DNA from: Malassezia furfur
Taxonomy: Eukaryota
DNA: 64,000 bases
Assembly: GCA_052055015.1 (NCBI GenBank)
Contig: JBQJIT010000016.1
Strand: one strand, 5' to 3'
The translations under genes and the position numbers were made by a program. Below, one piece after another: positions 32,415-43,570 of this stretch. Below the pieces are notes generated by a model, which had not been told where the DNA came from, searched no databases, and worked only from the letters and a program-made list of their open reading frames with translations. Position 1 is the first letter of the stretch; the number at the start of each line of letters is the position of its first letter.

Positions 32415-33810
32415 ATGGCGGGCGCTAACGCGTTAGCGGGTGCCGCTGGAAAGCAGCTGGACAGCATGGCCGACATTACGCGCCTCACTACACGCACCAT
32501 CCGCATTCTTGGCCAGAACCCCAGTTCGTTCACGTTGAATGGTGCGTTGGTTGCAGCCCACTGACAGTCAGGCACCAACACGTACCTCGTCACACCGTCA
32601 TGCGACCTGAACTGGCCGGGGCGCAGCACATTGCTTCCCGCCATGCTCGTGGACACGGGCGATGCACGCGACGACTACGCACCGTTTCTCGAGGCCGTGC
32701 TTCGCGGAAACCTGCGCCGCGAGGACGCGCAGGATACGCAGCCCGTTTGTATTGGCATCACCGATATGTACGTGGAATACTCACCACAGCATCATGACGC
32801 ATTGGCACCACGACCATGTCGGCGGCATGCCGTACGTGCTGCGCATGCTCGAAAAGCTCCGCCGGCAGGACCCGCGCGTGCCTCAGCCCCGCATCCACAA
32901 ATTCGCCGAGCCTGTCACGGACGGTACGTTCTTTGACCGGATTGCCGATGTCGACCCTGCGGCATATGCACACGCACCCAACGCCGAGGGTACGCGCGCC
33001 GTGTTGTGGCCCTTGCGCGATGCCCAGACGATCTCGGTGGTCGACCCCGAGAACTCGGAGCTGGTGTCGTCCCTGCGCGCAATCTTTACGCCAGGGCATG
33101 CAGCAGACCATGCCTCGCTCTTATTGGAAGAGGAAAACATTTTGCTCACGGGTGATAATGTACTGGGCCGCGGCTCAACGGTCTTTGAGGATCTCGTGCT
33201 GTACCTGCGCAGCTTGCAACGCAGCTTGGCATTGTTGTCAGCACGGCGACCCACCATGCCGGGTGTGTATGGCACACCGGTGGGCGGCGTGCCCGGTGAG
33301 AATGTGCTTTACCCCGGGCATGGCCCCGTGATCCCCAAAGGGCGCGACACGATCCGCCGCTACATTCGGCACCGGCTCGAGCGCGAGGAACAGATTCTGG
33401 CCTTACTCACCGGGCGCCCTGGGGACAAGGCCTTCTCGACCGAGGCGATGGCATTCCCTGAAAAAGTACTGGCCGCACGCATGCATACACACGAGCCACG
33501 GCATACGTGGACGCTGCACCAGATGATCGCGGTGCTCTACGCAAACTACGAGACCAAAATGTACCCTGCCGTCGCACGCGGCTTGCTGTTGCATCTACAA
33601 AAATTATCGCAACCCATTGAGGACCTGCCCAGCCCGCCGTTCTACCTGGCTGACCCATTGCCGACGACGCAGTGGGCGAAAGACGACCGGCTGGTACGCA
33701 GCATGCGTCTCCCGTCGTACCAACGCAGCGCGAACGGGATTCCGGACGCCGCATCGAACGAAGCCGAGTGGTGGGAGCTTATGGACATCCCCTGGGTGCT
33801 ATCGCAGTGA
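32415..33810 (+). CDS. Metallo-beta-lactamase fold protein, LACTB2-like, 3 exons
   Basis: ILGQNPSSFTLN/GTNTYLV, THWHHDHVGG, TPGHAADH, TGDNVLG, YPGHGP, HRLEREEQI. Introns 32542-32571 (30) and 32768-32789 (22). Confidence 0.88.
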
Positions 33811-33997
33811 GTAGGCGCAGTTAGGCGCCGTGGGCGCGTCCGTGCGCGGCGGCCGGAGCGTCTCGGGACGCGCGTGGAACAATCGTTGGCCGCGACCAAC
33901 CTTCGACGCACACGCCTTCTCCACGCTGCACGACGCACGTGCCGGTAAGTAAGCCGGCCGGGCCCCGCACGACCGGGGTAGGGACGCCCACCTAGAT

Positions 33998-34004
33998 TAT
34001 ATAA
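33998..34004 (+). promoter_or_regulatory. TATA box of enolase
   Basis: TATATAA about 40 nt upstream of the enolase ATG, in GC-rich context. Confidence 0.6.
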
Positions 34005-34042
34005 GACCGGGGCGCCCGGGCGGGGGCACATTGGACTCCAAC

Positions 34043-35374
34043 ATGAGCAACATTCAGAAGGTGCAAGGTCGTATTATTATCGACTCGCGTGGTAACCCCA
34101 CGGTCGAGGTCGACATCGTGACCGACAAGGGTCTGTTCCGCGCCGGCGTGCCCTCGGGTGCCTCGACGGGTATCCACGAGGCCGTGGAGCTGCGCGACAA
34201 CGACTCTTCGCGCTGGGTCGGCAAGGGTGTCGACAAGGCCGTTGCCAACGTCAACGACGTGATCGGCCCTGCGCTGATCAAGTCGGGCATCCCGATCACC
34301 TCGCAGAAGGAGATTGACGACTTCCTGATCAAGCTCGACGGCACGCCGAACAAGGGCAAGCTGGGTGCGAACGCGATCCTCGGTGTGTCGATTGCCGCGG
34401 CCAAGGCCGGCGCGGGTGAGAAGGGTGTGCCGCTGTACCAGTACCTCTCGGAGATCGCGAACACCAAGGCGCCCTACATTCTGCCTGCGCCTGCGATGAA
34501 CGTCATCAACGGTGGCTCGCACGCCGGCAACTCGCTGGCCTTCCAGGAGTTCATGATTGTGCCCACCGGCGCCGAGACGTTCACCGAGGCGATGCGCATG
34601 GGTACCGAGACATACCACACGCTCAAGAAGGTCATCAAGGCCAAGTACGGCATTGACGCGACCAACGTCGGTGACGAGGGTGGCTTTGCGCCCAACGTCA
34701 AGTCGGCGGACGAGGCGCTCGACCTGCTTGTCGAGGCGATCACCAAGGCCGGCTACAAGGGCAAGGTGAACATCTCGCTCGATGTGGCCAGCTCCGAGTT
34801 CTACAAGGACGGCAAGTACGACCTTGACTTCAAGAACCCCAACTCGGACCCGAGCAAGTGGATCTCGGGCAAGGACCTTGCGCAGATCTACCTGGGCTAC
34901 ATCAAGAAGTACCCGATCATCTCGATCGAGGACCCCTTCGACCAGGACGACTGGGAGGCGTGGAGCGTGCTGCGCGCCGAGGCGGGCATCACCATCATTG
35001 GTGACGACCTGACTGTCACCAACCCGCTGCGCATCAAGACGGCCATCGAGAAGAAGGCGTGCAACGGTCTGCTGCTCAAGATCAACCAGATTGGCACCAT
35101 CTCGGAGTCGATCCAGGCCGCGCAGCTCGCGCAGTCGGACAACTGGGCCGTGATGGTCTCGCACCGCTCGGGTGAGACGGAGGACACGACGATCGCCGAC
35201 GTCGCCGTCGCGCTCAACGCGGGAATCATCAAGACGGGTGCGCCCGCCCGCTCGGAGCGTGTCGCCAAGTACAACGCGCTGCTCCGCATCGAGTCCACCG
35301 AGAAGGACGCCGTGTACGCGGGCATTGACGGCTTCACCCAGGGCGACGCGGCGCCCAAGGTGATCCGCAAGTAG
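34043..35374 (+). CDS. ENO1: Enolase
   Basis: [43 protein letters not shown]. Strong codon bias. Confidence 0.98.
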   Translation: MSNIQKVQGRIIIDSRGNPTVEVDIVTDKGLFRAGVPSGASTGIHEAVELRDNDSSRWVGKGVDKAVANVNDVIGPALIKSGIPITSQKEIDDFLIKLDGTPNKGKLGANAILGVSIAAAKAGAGEKGVPLYQYLSEIANTKAPYILPAPAMNVINGGSHAGNSLAFQEFMIVPTGAETFTEAMRMGTETYHTLKKVIKAKYGIDATNVGDEGGFAPNVKSADEALDLLVEAITKAGYKGKVNISLDVASSEFYKDGKYDLDFKNPNSDPSKWISGKDLAQIYLGYIKKYPIISIEDPFDQDDWEAWSVLRAEAGITIIGDDLTVTNPLRIKTAIEKKACNGLLLKINQIGTISESIQAAQLAQSDNWAVMVSHRSGETEDTTIADVAVALNAGIIKTGAPARSERVAKYNALLRIESTEKDAVYAGIDGFTQGDAAPKVIRK

Positions 35375-35443
35375 GCTGACGGCGCATCGCGTCGTGGCCT
35401 GCGCTGTAGACATTATCTTTTGTAGCAAGTACGATATATGCTA

Positions 35444-38400
35444 CTACATGTTGGCGCGCACGCTGCGCGGCGCAGCGTCCCGCGCGTCGGGCACGGCAAG
35501 CTCGGCGTCGCGCGTCTCTTGCGGCGCCTGCTCGTAGGCGGACCACGGCAGGATGGGGTGCGGCACATCACTTGCGCGCAGCGATGCCTTGAACGCACGC
35601 ACGTCGTCAATCGTGTGCACGGGCAGCACGTCGCGCACCGCCGCCTCCGACGTGGCTGCGGGCTGCGCCGCGGGGTGTGCGGCCGCCACGCGGTCGACGG
35701 CCGCGAGCACGTCGGCCTGCGGCAGGTCCGCGGACACGGCGCCCTGTGCGTAGAGCGCCTCGACGATCGCACGCAGCGCCTCGACGCTCTGTGCCTGCGC
35801 TGCGAGGTCGGCGCGTGCCTCGTCGGGCACGGGCGCGCCGCGCTCCGCGAGGAACGCAAGGAACGCGTCAAACGCCGCGGGGCTGAGCGGCGTCGAGGTG
35901 CCCTGCGCCTGGAGGTGCGTGACGTTCTTGGCACGCACGCGGCTGCTGGGGTGGACGTAGGTGTCCATGAGGCGCAGCACGTCGTCCTTGGTGAGCCGCT
36001 CGAGCTCCTCAATGTCGCGCTCGCGGCTGAGGAAGTCGTAGTAGCCCGAGTGGATGCTCGTCCAGAAGCGGTTCGTCTCCTCGGCGAGGTTCTTGACGCT
36101 CTCGCGCTTCTTGTGGATGAGCGAGCGCTTGTGCGCGGCAAACTCCTCCGGCGTCAGGTTGCGCAGAAGCGTACGCAGCTGGTCAAAGAAGGCGTCGATG
36201 CGCGACTCGAGGTAGTCCGAGTCGCGCTCCGACTGCACAATCACGCGGAAGCCCATCGAGCCGGGGTTGCGCCGCACGCCGCTAAACACAAGGTATCCGA
36301 GCTGCTCCTTGGTGCGCAGCTGGTCGAAGCACGGCTCGTGCGCGATCTGCGCAAAGAGCGCGAGCGTCGCACGCAGCGCCACGTCGGTCGGGTCGCCGAC
36401 CTGCACGTAGTACTCCAAGCTCGAGTTGACGTTGCCGGGGTTCGCCACCGGCAGCTTCCACGCCGAGTTGCTTCCTGGCGCGAGCAGCAGCGAGCGCGGC
36501 GGGAGCGTCTCGCGCTCGGGCAGCGGCTCGGCGTCGACGTGCGACACGACACGGTCGAGCAGCGCCTCGGCCTGCGCAGCGTCGACGTTGCCGTGCACGA
36601 GCATCTCGACGTGCAGCTGCTCGCACACCCACGGGATGTACGCCTGGACGTCGGCGGCGGTGATGCCGTCCATCGCAGCAAGCTTCTCGTGCTGCGTCCA
36701 GATCTGCTCGGTGAGCAGGTAGAGCGAGTAGTACGCCGCGTGCTGGTACGGCTCCTCCATGTCAAAGTTTTGGTAGTTGCGCCGCACCTGGTCCATGACG
36801 ATCGCAAAGCGCTTCTCGTCGACCACGAGCTGCGTCAGCGTGTCGAGCACCGACTGGAGCAGCAGCGGCAGCTTGTCGTTGTAGCCGGCCACCACCACCA
36901 CCAGGCCCTCGAGCTGGCTGTCGACGTTGTACAGCAGGCCCGCGACCTCGGCGTCGTACGAGAACTCGGACAGCGCGTCCTTGACCAGCTCGACCATCAC
37001 GCGCGACAGCACCGCCGTGCGCGGCGACTCGTTCACACGCGGCGTGCGCAGCAGGATCGACACGTTGGCCTTTGGCAGGAAGAACCGGTCGTCCTGCTTG
37101 TGCCACAGGCGCACCAGCGGTGTGTTGCGCAGCAGCCGCGGGCGGCCCGCGGGCGCACCCGCCGCGTCCTTCGCGCCGAGCACCTGCAGGTCCGCAGGGA
37201 TGAACTCGTTCTGCTTCGGCAGCGCCATGCCGTCGAGCGCCGAGGCGCGCGTCGCCAGCGACGCCGGCAGCGGCACGATGGTGTACTCGGTGCCGTACCA
37301 GCGCTCCTTGGCGTCCAGCGTGTGGCCGGCAGGCGGCTCGCGGCCCGCGAGCATGATGCGGCACCGATCGGGGCGCAGGCAGGCGAGCGTGTCTTGGATG
37401 AGCGGCAGATCGAACTCGCGCAGCAGGTAGTGGCCCGACAGAATCCACTCGGGCGGCATGGGCGTCTGCATCTGGCTCGCGAGCGCCGAGCCGTACGACG
37501 ACGGCGCCGTCTTTTCCTTGAACGCGAACCGCAGCTCGCTCAGCTTCTCCACCTCGTGGTACATCCACTCTTCGATCGACTGCGTGCGCAGCAAATCGAG
37601 GTACTGGAACACGGCGGCAGCCACCTCCTCGTAGTGCTCGTACCCTTCGGGCGTCAGGTCGATCGCCACCTTGAACAGCTCAAAGCCCTCGGCGCCCACG
37701 CCGGAGCCGGCGCTCAGCATGTTCGCCCACCCGCGCTGCTTCAGGCACGAAAACAGCGAGCCGTGGCCCTCGTGACCGAGGAAATGCGAGATGAGCTGGC
37801 CAGGCTTGGACTTGTACAGGTGCACCTGCTCGGGGAAGGGGAACGTCAGCTCCAGCGAGCGCAGGTCCTTGATCGTGCGGAAAAGCACCTGCGTGCCGAG
37901 CTGCTCGGGGCCCAGCGGCGACGCAGGGAAGCGCGGCACCGCATTCCCCTTGTTCGGCACGTTCGAAAACTTCTCCACCACCCAGCGCGTCAGCTGCTCC
38001 ACCGACTCGCGGCCGATCACCACGAGCTTCATCATGTTGGCGCTGTAGTACCTCGCGTGGAACTTGAGCAGCTCCTCGCGGATATCGACACCACGCGCAC
38101 ACGGCTCCTCCCAGAGCGTCGCGAGGTTGCCCGTGCCAAACTTGGAGTAGGGGTGCGACGCGTCCGACAAGCTCTTCTCCAGCTGGAACGAACGCCACAG
38201 GTCCGACTGCAGATTCTTCTTGTGCTCCGAGTCCACCGCACGGATCTCGCGCTCCGAGCAGCTCGCATCAAACAGCGGCTCCAAGAAGAACTGCGCAAAA
38301 CGGTCCAGCGCACCCTCAAAGTGCTCGTGGCCCACATCGAAAAAGTAGTTGGTGTTCTCCAGCGAGGTGAACGCGTTCGAGCTCCCGCTGTGGTTCGACA

Positions 38401-38956
38401 GGTACTCGCTGTACTCGTTCTCGCGGGGGTATTTCTTCGTGCCCATAAACAGCAGGTGCTCACAGTAGTGCGCCATGCCTTGCAAGTCGTGGGGGTCCGA
38501 CAGGTGACCCACGCGCACGTCCATCGCCGCACTCGCCTTGTCCGTCTCGGGGTCACTGACAATCATCACCTCGAGCTCGTTCGGCAGGCGGATCAGCTTG
38601 TACTCGCGGTCGTCCAGCAGCGGCTTCTCAATCGGCCGCTCAAACGCCGCATACTCGCCCGTACGGCCGTCCGAGAGCGCAATCTGCTTCGAGACAAAGC
38701 CAGAGTCCGACTGCGCCGTCTTGGGCAGCGACGACGAGATCGTCGCAAGCGCACGCGCGCCCAGCGCCTTGGCTGTCATGGGGGCGGATGTGCGGGAAGC
38801 AGGGGACAGATGCAGCTTCGCCGATGGGCTCGCGCGCAACGAATACGGACGCACCGTCGCTGGCAGACAAGCCGGTACACCGCTCACACGTGCGGAAACA
38901 GAAGGAAGCCTCGAGCGAACAAGAGGCCTCAGCAGCAGATGCTTGGTGGCAAGCAT
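35444..38956 (-). CDS. STE23: M16A insulysin-family metalloprotease Ste23/IDE
   Basis: HYCEHLLFMGTKKYP (HxxEH), REIRAVDSEH, QLRTKEQLGY. Confidence 0.93.
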   Translation of the reverse strand: MLATKHLLLRPLVRSRLPSVSARVSGVPACLPATVRPYSLRASPSAKLHLSPASRTSAPMTAKALGARALATISSSLPKTAQSDSGFVSKQIALSDGRTGEYAAFERPIEKPLLDDREYKLIRLPNELEVMIVSDPETDKASAAMDVRVGHLSDPHDLQGMAHYCEHLLFMGTKKYPRENEYSEYLSNHSGSSNAFTSLENTNYFFDVGHEHFEGALDRFAQFFLEPLFDASCSEREIRAVDSEHKKNLQSDLWRSFQLEKSLSDASHPYSKFGTGNLATLWEEPCARGVDIREELLKFHARYYSANMMKLVVIGRESVEQLTRWVVEKFSNVPNKGNAVPRFPASPLGPEQLGTQVLFRTIKDLRSLELTFPFPEQVHLYKSKPGQLISHFLGHEGHGSLFSCLKQRGWANMLSAGSGVGAEGFELFKVAIDLTPEGYEHYEEVAAAVFQYLDLLRTQSIEEWMYHEVEKLSELRFAFKEKTAPSSYGSALASQMQTPMPPEWILSGHYLLREFDLPLIQDTLACLRPDRCRIMLAGREPPAGHTLDAKERWYGTEYTIVPLPASLATRASALDGMALPKQNEFIPADLQVLGAKDAAGAPAGRPRLLRNTPLVRLWHKQDDRFFLPKANVSILLRTPRVNESPRTAVLSRVMVELVKDALSEFSYDAEVAGLLYNVDSQLEGLVVVVAGYNDKLPLLLQSVLDTLTQLVVDEKRFAIVMDQVRRNYQNFDMEEPYQHAAYYSLYLLTEQIWTQHEKLAAMDGITAADVQAYIPWVCEQLHVEMLVHGNVDAAQAEALLDRVVSHVDAEPLPERETLPPRSLLLAPGSNSAWKLPVANPGNVNSSLEYYVQVGDPTDVALRATLALFAQIAHEPCFDQLRTKEQLGYLVFSGVRRNPGSMGFRVIVQSERDSDYLESRIDAFFDQLRTLLRNLTPEEFAAHKRSLIHKKRESVKNLAEETNRFWTSIHSGYYDFLSRERDIEELERLTKDDVLRLMDTYVHPSSRVRAKNVTHLQAQGTSTPLSPAAFDAFLAFLAERGAPVPDEARADLAAQAQSVEALRAIVEALYAQGAVSADLPQADVLAAVDRVAAAHPAAQPAATSEAAVRDVLPVHTIDDVRAFKASLRASDVPHPILPWSAYEQAPQETRDAELAVPDARDAAPRSVRANM

Positions 38957-39064
38957 GTACTCGGCGGATGGAACTGCACGGATCCACGCTGCTCCTTTGT
39001 GCTTCGTGATCGCCGCACACGCTGACTAAGGATTAGGCCACCCGCGACGAACCCCGCGGCGAGC

Positions 39065-40614
39065 ATGCGTGTACGTGGTGGTGCATTGACCTAGATCGCG
39101 GTCGAGGGGTGCTCGCACGGCGAGCTGGATACCATCTATGACCAAATCCTCGCCAAAGAGAAGGCAACGTCGCAGCGCGTAGACCTCCTGCTACTTTGTG
39201 GAGATGTACAGGCCGCACGCAACGACGCCGACCTGCATAGCTTGGCGGTGCCCGTCAAGTACCGCCGCCTGGGCGACTTTCACCGGTACTATTCGGGCGA
39301 ACGCACAGCACCGATTCTGACCATCGTCATTGGCGGTAACCATGAGGCTAGCAACTACCTCTGGGAGCTGTACTTTGGTGGTTGGCTTGCGCCAAACATT
39401 TACTACCTCGGCGCGGCTGGGTGTGTGCAGGTCGGCGGCCTCGTCATTGCGGGAGCCTCGGGCATATACAAATCCAATGACTACAACAAGGGACACTACG
39501 AACGCCAGCCGTATTCGCCTGGTGATTTGCGCAGCGTCTACCACACGCGCCTGTTCGAAATCAGTAAACTATGCTTTCTGCACCGTCCCGACATCTTCCT
39601 GTCGCACGACTGGCCTAACACCATCGAACAATATGGCGAAGTGCACGAGCTGATCCGGAAAAAACCCTTTTTTCGACAGGAGATCGAGTCGTCCTCACTC
39701 GGCTCGCCGCCGCTCCAGTCTGTGCTCATGGCGCTGCATCCTCGCCATTGGTTTTCGGCCCATCTCCATGTACGGTATGCGGCAAAAATCCTCTTTGACG
39801 GACCGTCCCCCACTAAAGTTCCTACGGCATCTTACCTCCCTCCGACCCAACTACACCTGGCTGATGAGCCCAATCCAGAGGCACTCGAGATTGACGACGA
39901 TTTTGACGAGTCCCCCAACGAGGCTGTACAGGATACCGCTAAATCTACGGCAGCCGGCGCGGACGTCACCGAATTCTTGGCCTTGAGCAAGTGTTCCCCA
40001 AGGCTCGATTATCTCGAGTATATCGACGTGTCGTCGTCACACGACGCAGATCTCGGTGCTGTCCCAATGAATGAGCGTCCAAAGCTTCCCTTTGCATTTG
40101 ACTCGCGCTGGCTGGCCATTACCAAAGTGCTTCAACCCTACTTTTCGCTTCAGCGACACCAGAAGCGTGTCCCCGATCACCAGGACTCCTCGGTTTGCGA
40201 GCAAATCCGCGAGGAACAACAAAAGTTTGAAACACTTGCACAGACGGATCCACATGCACTCTCGATTTGGCGTGTGCAACAATTCGCGCAAACCGCGCCG
40301 ACAAAAGCCGAGCAGGCCGATGCTCGCCGCCCATGTACGTTGCTTCTTGCTTACACACAGCCCCTATTTTCTCCAATCCTCAGACACAGGCGTTCTGTAC
40401 ATTGGTCCAGATACCCAACCCTATTAATTCTAATTCCTACGTTGCCAACGACGAACACCACCGCGGGACGACAGGGGGGCATATCTCTGGACACGCCGAC
40501 AAGGTCCCTGAAGTCGATGCATGCCAAGACGAGCTTGCCCGAATTCAGGCCATTGCACAAGATCGGAAACGTAAACGCCATGCAGCGCAGTCTGCGCAGA
40601 ATGCATCGCCGTAG
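39065..40614 (+). CDS. DBR1: RNA lariat debranching enzyme Dbr1, 3 exons
   Basis: MR/IAVEGCSHGELD, GGNHEASNY, FLSHDWP, WFSAHLH, FLALSKC, NPQTQAFC. Introns 39071-39094 (24) and 40335-40360 (26). Confidence 0.95.
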
Positions 40615-40857
40615 CGAATATGCGCATTGAGCAGACACATCACAAACGCCATTGGCTCTTTGTAGCCGAGTGCGATCGGAAATGTGTCAGCATAGGTATT
40701 ATCTCCGTCAAGGCGGTACAAAGTATTGAATTTTTGCCCTGAACTGACGCGAGTCTGACAAATATCGCACGTGGGCGTCATCATCGGGCCTCGATTAAGA
40801 ATTTTGGTCAGCATAAAACACCTGGGCGTAACATCGTTTTCTTGGCCCCCCACCAAG

Positions 40858-42270
40858 ATGTCAGCCGTTGCCGACATGCACTATACCGAGGCGCGGAAGC
40901 GCGTGGTTGAGCCCGAGTCGGACCCGAAGGTCGAGGTCGATAAGGAGGTTCCTCGCTACGCGTCGCGCCAGGAACAAGTGGCGGACCCGAACGAACTCTT
41001 TCAGTACAAGGTGCCAGAATTGACGGTGCGCGACCTGCTCTCGGCGATCCCTAAGCATTGCTTTGAGCGCTCGACGTTCCGCTCGAGCCTTTACCTGCTT
41101 GGCGATCTGATTCAAATTGCGGTGCTTGCGTATGCCGCCTCTTGGATCGACACACTCTCTGGCTACGTGCACGTCTCGACGTCGTTTGCATCGGAGGAGA
41201 CGATCCAGCGCTCCCTTCGTTGGATCCTGTGGGGTATTTACAGTTTCTACCAGGGGCTCGTTTTTACCGGCATCTGGGTCATTGCCCACGAATGTGGCCA
41301 CCAAGCGTACAGCCCTAGCAAGACGGTTAACAACGCCGTTGGCTGGGTGCTGCACTCGGCCCTCTTGGTCCCGTACCACTCGTGGCGGATTTCGCACGCC
41401 CGTCACCACGCGGGTACCGGGCACATGACGCGCGATGAGGTCTTTGTTCCTCGCACCCGCGAAGACCGTGGCATGCTTCCGCTGCGTCCTGCCGGCAGCG
41501 ATGTGGCCCCGCAAGAGACGTTTAGTGAGTGGCTCAGCGAGACGCTCGAGGACGTTCCCCTGTACAACTTCATTGAGTTGGTCGTTCAACAGCTCATTGG
41601 GTGGCCGCTCTACCTCCTCTTCGATGTGTCTAGCCAGATGCACCACCCCAAGGGGACCAACCGTACGTAACTACGACTGACCTCAGACTTCTCTCCCAAT
41701 TCGGTGATCTTTGAGAAGCGCCACCGCAACCAAATCATCATGTCGGACGTTGGCATCGCTCTTATGCTGGGCGCTCTCGTTGCCTGGGGTCAATTCTCGT
41801 CCGGTGGCTGGAAAGAGGTGGCTCAGTACTACCTCGTTCCTTATCTTTGGACGAACAACTGGCTGGTGATGATCACCTACCTGCAGCACACGGACCCCTT
41901 GCTTCCTCATTACGATGCCTCTACGTGGAACTTTGCCCGTGGTGCTCTTTGCACCATGGACCGCAACTGGCTGGGTCCGGTCGGTCCTTACCTGTTGCAT
42001 GGCATCAGCGAGACGCACGTTCTGCACCACGTGTGCAGCAAGATCCCTCATTATCATGCGTGGGAGGCCTCCGAGGCGCTCCAAAAGCGCATTGGTGTAC
42101 ACTACATGAAGTCGGACGAAAATGTCCTTGTTTCTCTTTGGAAGTCGATTCGGAGCTGCCGTTTTGTGAAGAACGAACCTGTGGCTTTCTATCACAATGC
42201 CAACGGCGTTCCAAAGAGCGTTGCTGTTATGCCCCAGAACGAAGACTCTGGGGTGGCATTTTCGAGCTAG
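40858..42270 (+). CDS. Delta-12 (omega-6)-type membrane fatty acid desaturase, 2 exons
   Basis: AIPKHCFERS, His boxes HECGH, HARHH, HVLHH, ITYLQHTDP. Intron 41663-41686 (24 nt). Confidence 0.92.
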
Positions 42271-42454
42271 GAAAGAACGACAGCGTGTTTGTTTGAAATC
42301 TCATTCTCGTTTAGCTGCTGCTGTTTCTCTTTGTACATAGCACGAAAATGATACCTAGATGACTGCCCACTCGTTCGTCGTTCCTCAATATTGGAGAATA
42401 GAACTGCTTAGTAAGCAAAACTTGGTAACCAACACCCCACTTGCTTTCTACAAA

Positions 42455-42936
42455 ATGGGTTTGGAGCCGAGCACAAAGCCGACTGAGTAAGTGAACGCTG
42501 CTCACGCGCAGGCCTCCCAAGGAAGATCCGATCACTGCGGCAGAGCTTGCGAAATACGATGGTTCGGATTCATCAAAGCCTGTTTACGTTGCTGTAAAAG
42601 GTGGGTCGGGCTTGCTGCAGACTAACCCCAGGTATCGTCTTCGATGTCTCGCCCCGGCGTGAGATGTATGGTAGGTGAAACAACCAGAGGTTTTGACCTT
42701 GCAGCTCCGGGAAATGGGTATCACGTTTTTGCCGGAAAGGATGCTTCTCGTGGCTTGGGCATGTCCAGTTTGAAACCTGAAGACGCCGTGTCGGACTACT
42801 CCACCCTTACTGAAGCACAGATGAAGGTGCTCAATGACTGGGTATGTCAAACTGTCGCGTGTGCAGATGCTAACAAACACTACAGTTTGAATATTATAAG
42901 AAGCGATACAACATCGTTGGCAAACTTGTTTCGTAG
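42455..42936 (+). CDS. Cytochrome b5-like heme/steroid-binding protein (MAPR/Dap1-like), 5 exons
   Basis: Spliced ELAKYDGSDSSKPVYVAVKGIVFDVS...YHVFAGKDASRGLG...LNDWFEYYKKRYNIVG. Four short GT-AG introns. Confidence 0.87.
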
Positions 42937-42937
42937 A

Positions 42938-43476
42938 TCAACTAGTAGTTGCAATGTCTTGCAATGCGTCCTGTGGGATTTGTCCTTGTTTCCGCCTAGG
43001 TTAGCATCTAGTCGCGTACGTTAGAGCTCCTTTAAAGATAAAAGTATACTTTCCACCACTTTTGATCGGTGGTGGCGTGTGCTCATAGCCAATAGGTAGA
43101 CCACATCTCATACAAAGGAAGTCGTACTGTTGCTCCAGTCTCCCGTCATCGCTAGTGGGTAAGCCAGAAGTAACATACCGTCTGACCATCTGGCCCTCTC
43201 CTTGCGATGCGCTGATTTTGTATACATGAGCAGGGAGTATTTTCCCATCAGGCTGCTCCGCATCCATGCATCGCAATATCCGCGACTTGTCAAAGGGGCG
43301 TTCTGCGAGAAGCTCTAGTGCCTTGTTGCAAACCAAGACGAATTCGCCACATAAACAGTAGTACACAAGCAAATCATTTTGTGCTCGTTCATCCACGGTC
43401 TGGCCCTTATGCGCCCTAATAAGTGTCAGTATACAAAGAACGTGCAGTCCACCTACATGGGAGTATGTCGTGACAT
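42938..43476 (-). CDS. STEEP1/CXorf56-family protein, 4 exons
   Basis: LLVYYCLCGEFVLV, LEQQYDFLCMRCGLPIGY, YTFIFKGAL. Introns include 43152-43178 (27) and 42996-43019 (24). Confidence 0.8.
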
Positions 43477-43570
43477 GATCGTCCCAGTCCGGGGAAATTG
43501 CGACACGACAGTAAGACTTGCGTTACTAATTACATAAATTTCTCACCATCCCCACGGCGGTCTACACGTC

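Noticed and set aside
35372..35440. Stop-codon readthrough giving a cryptic PTS1 on enolase (also checked for the thiolase)
   Set aside because: No TGA-CTA context, and the extensions do not end in an SKL-like tripeptide.
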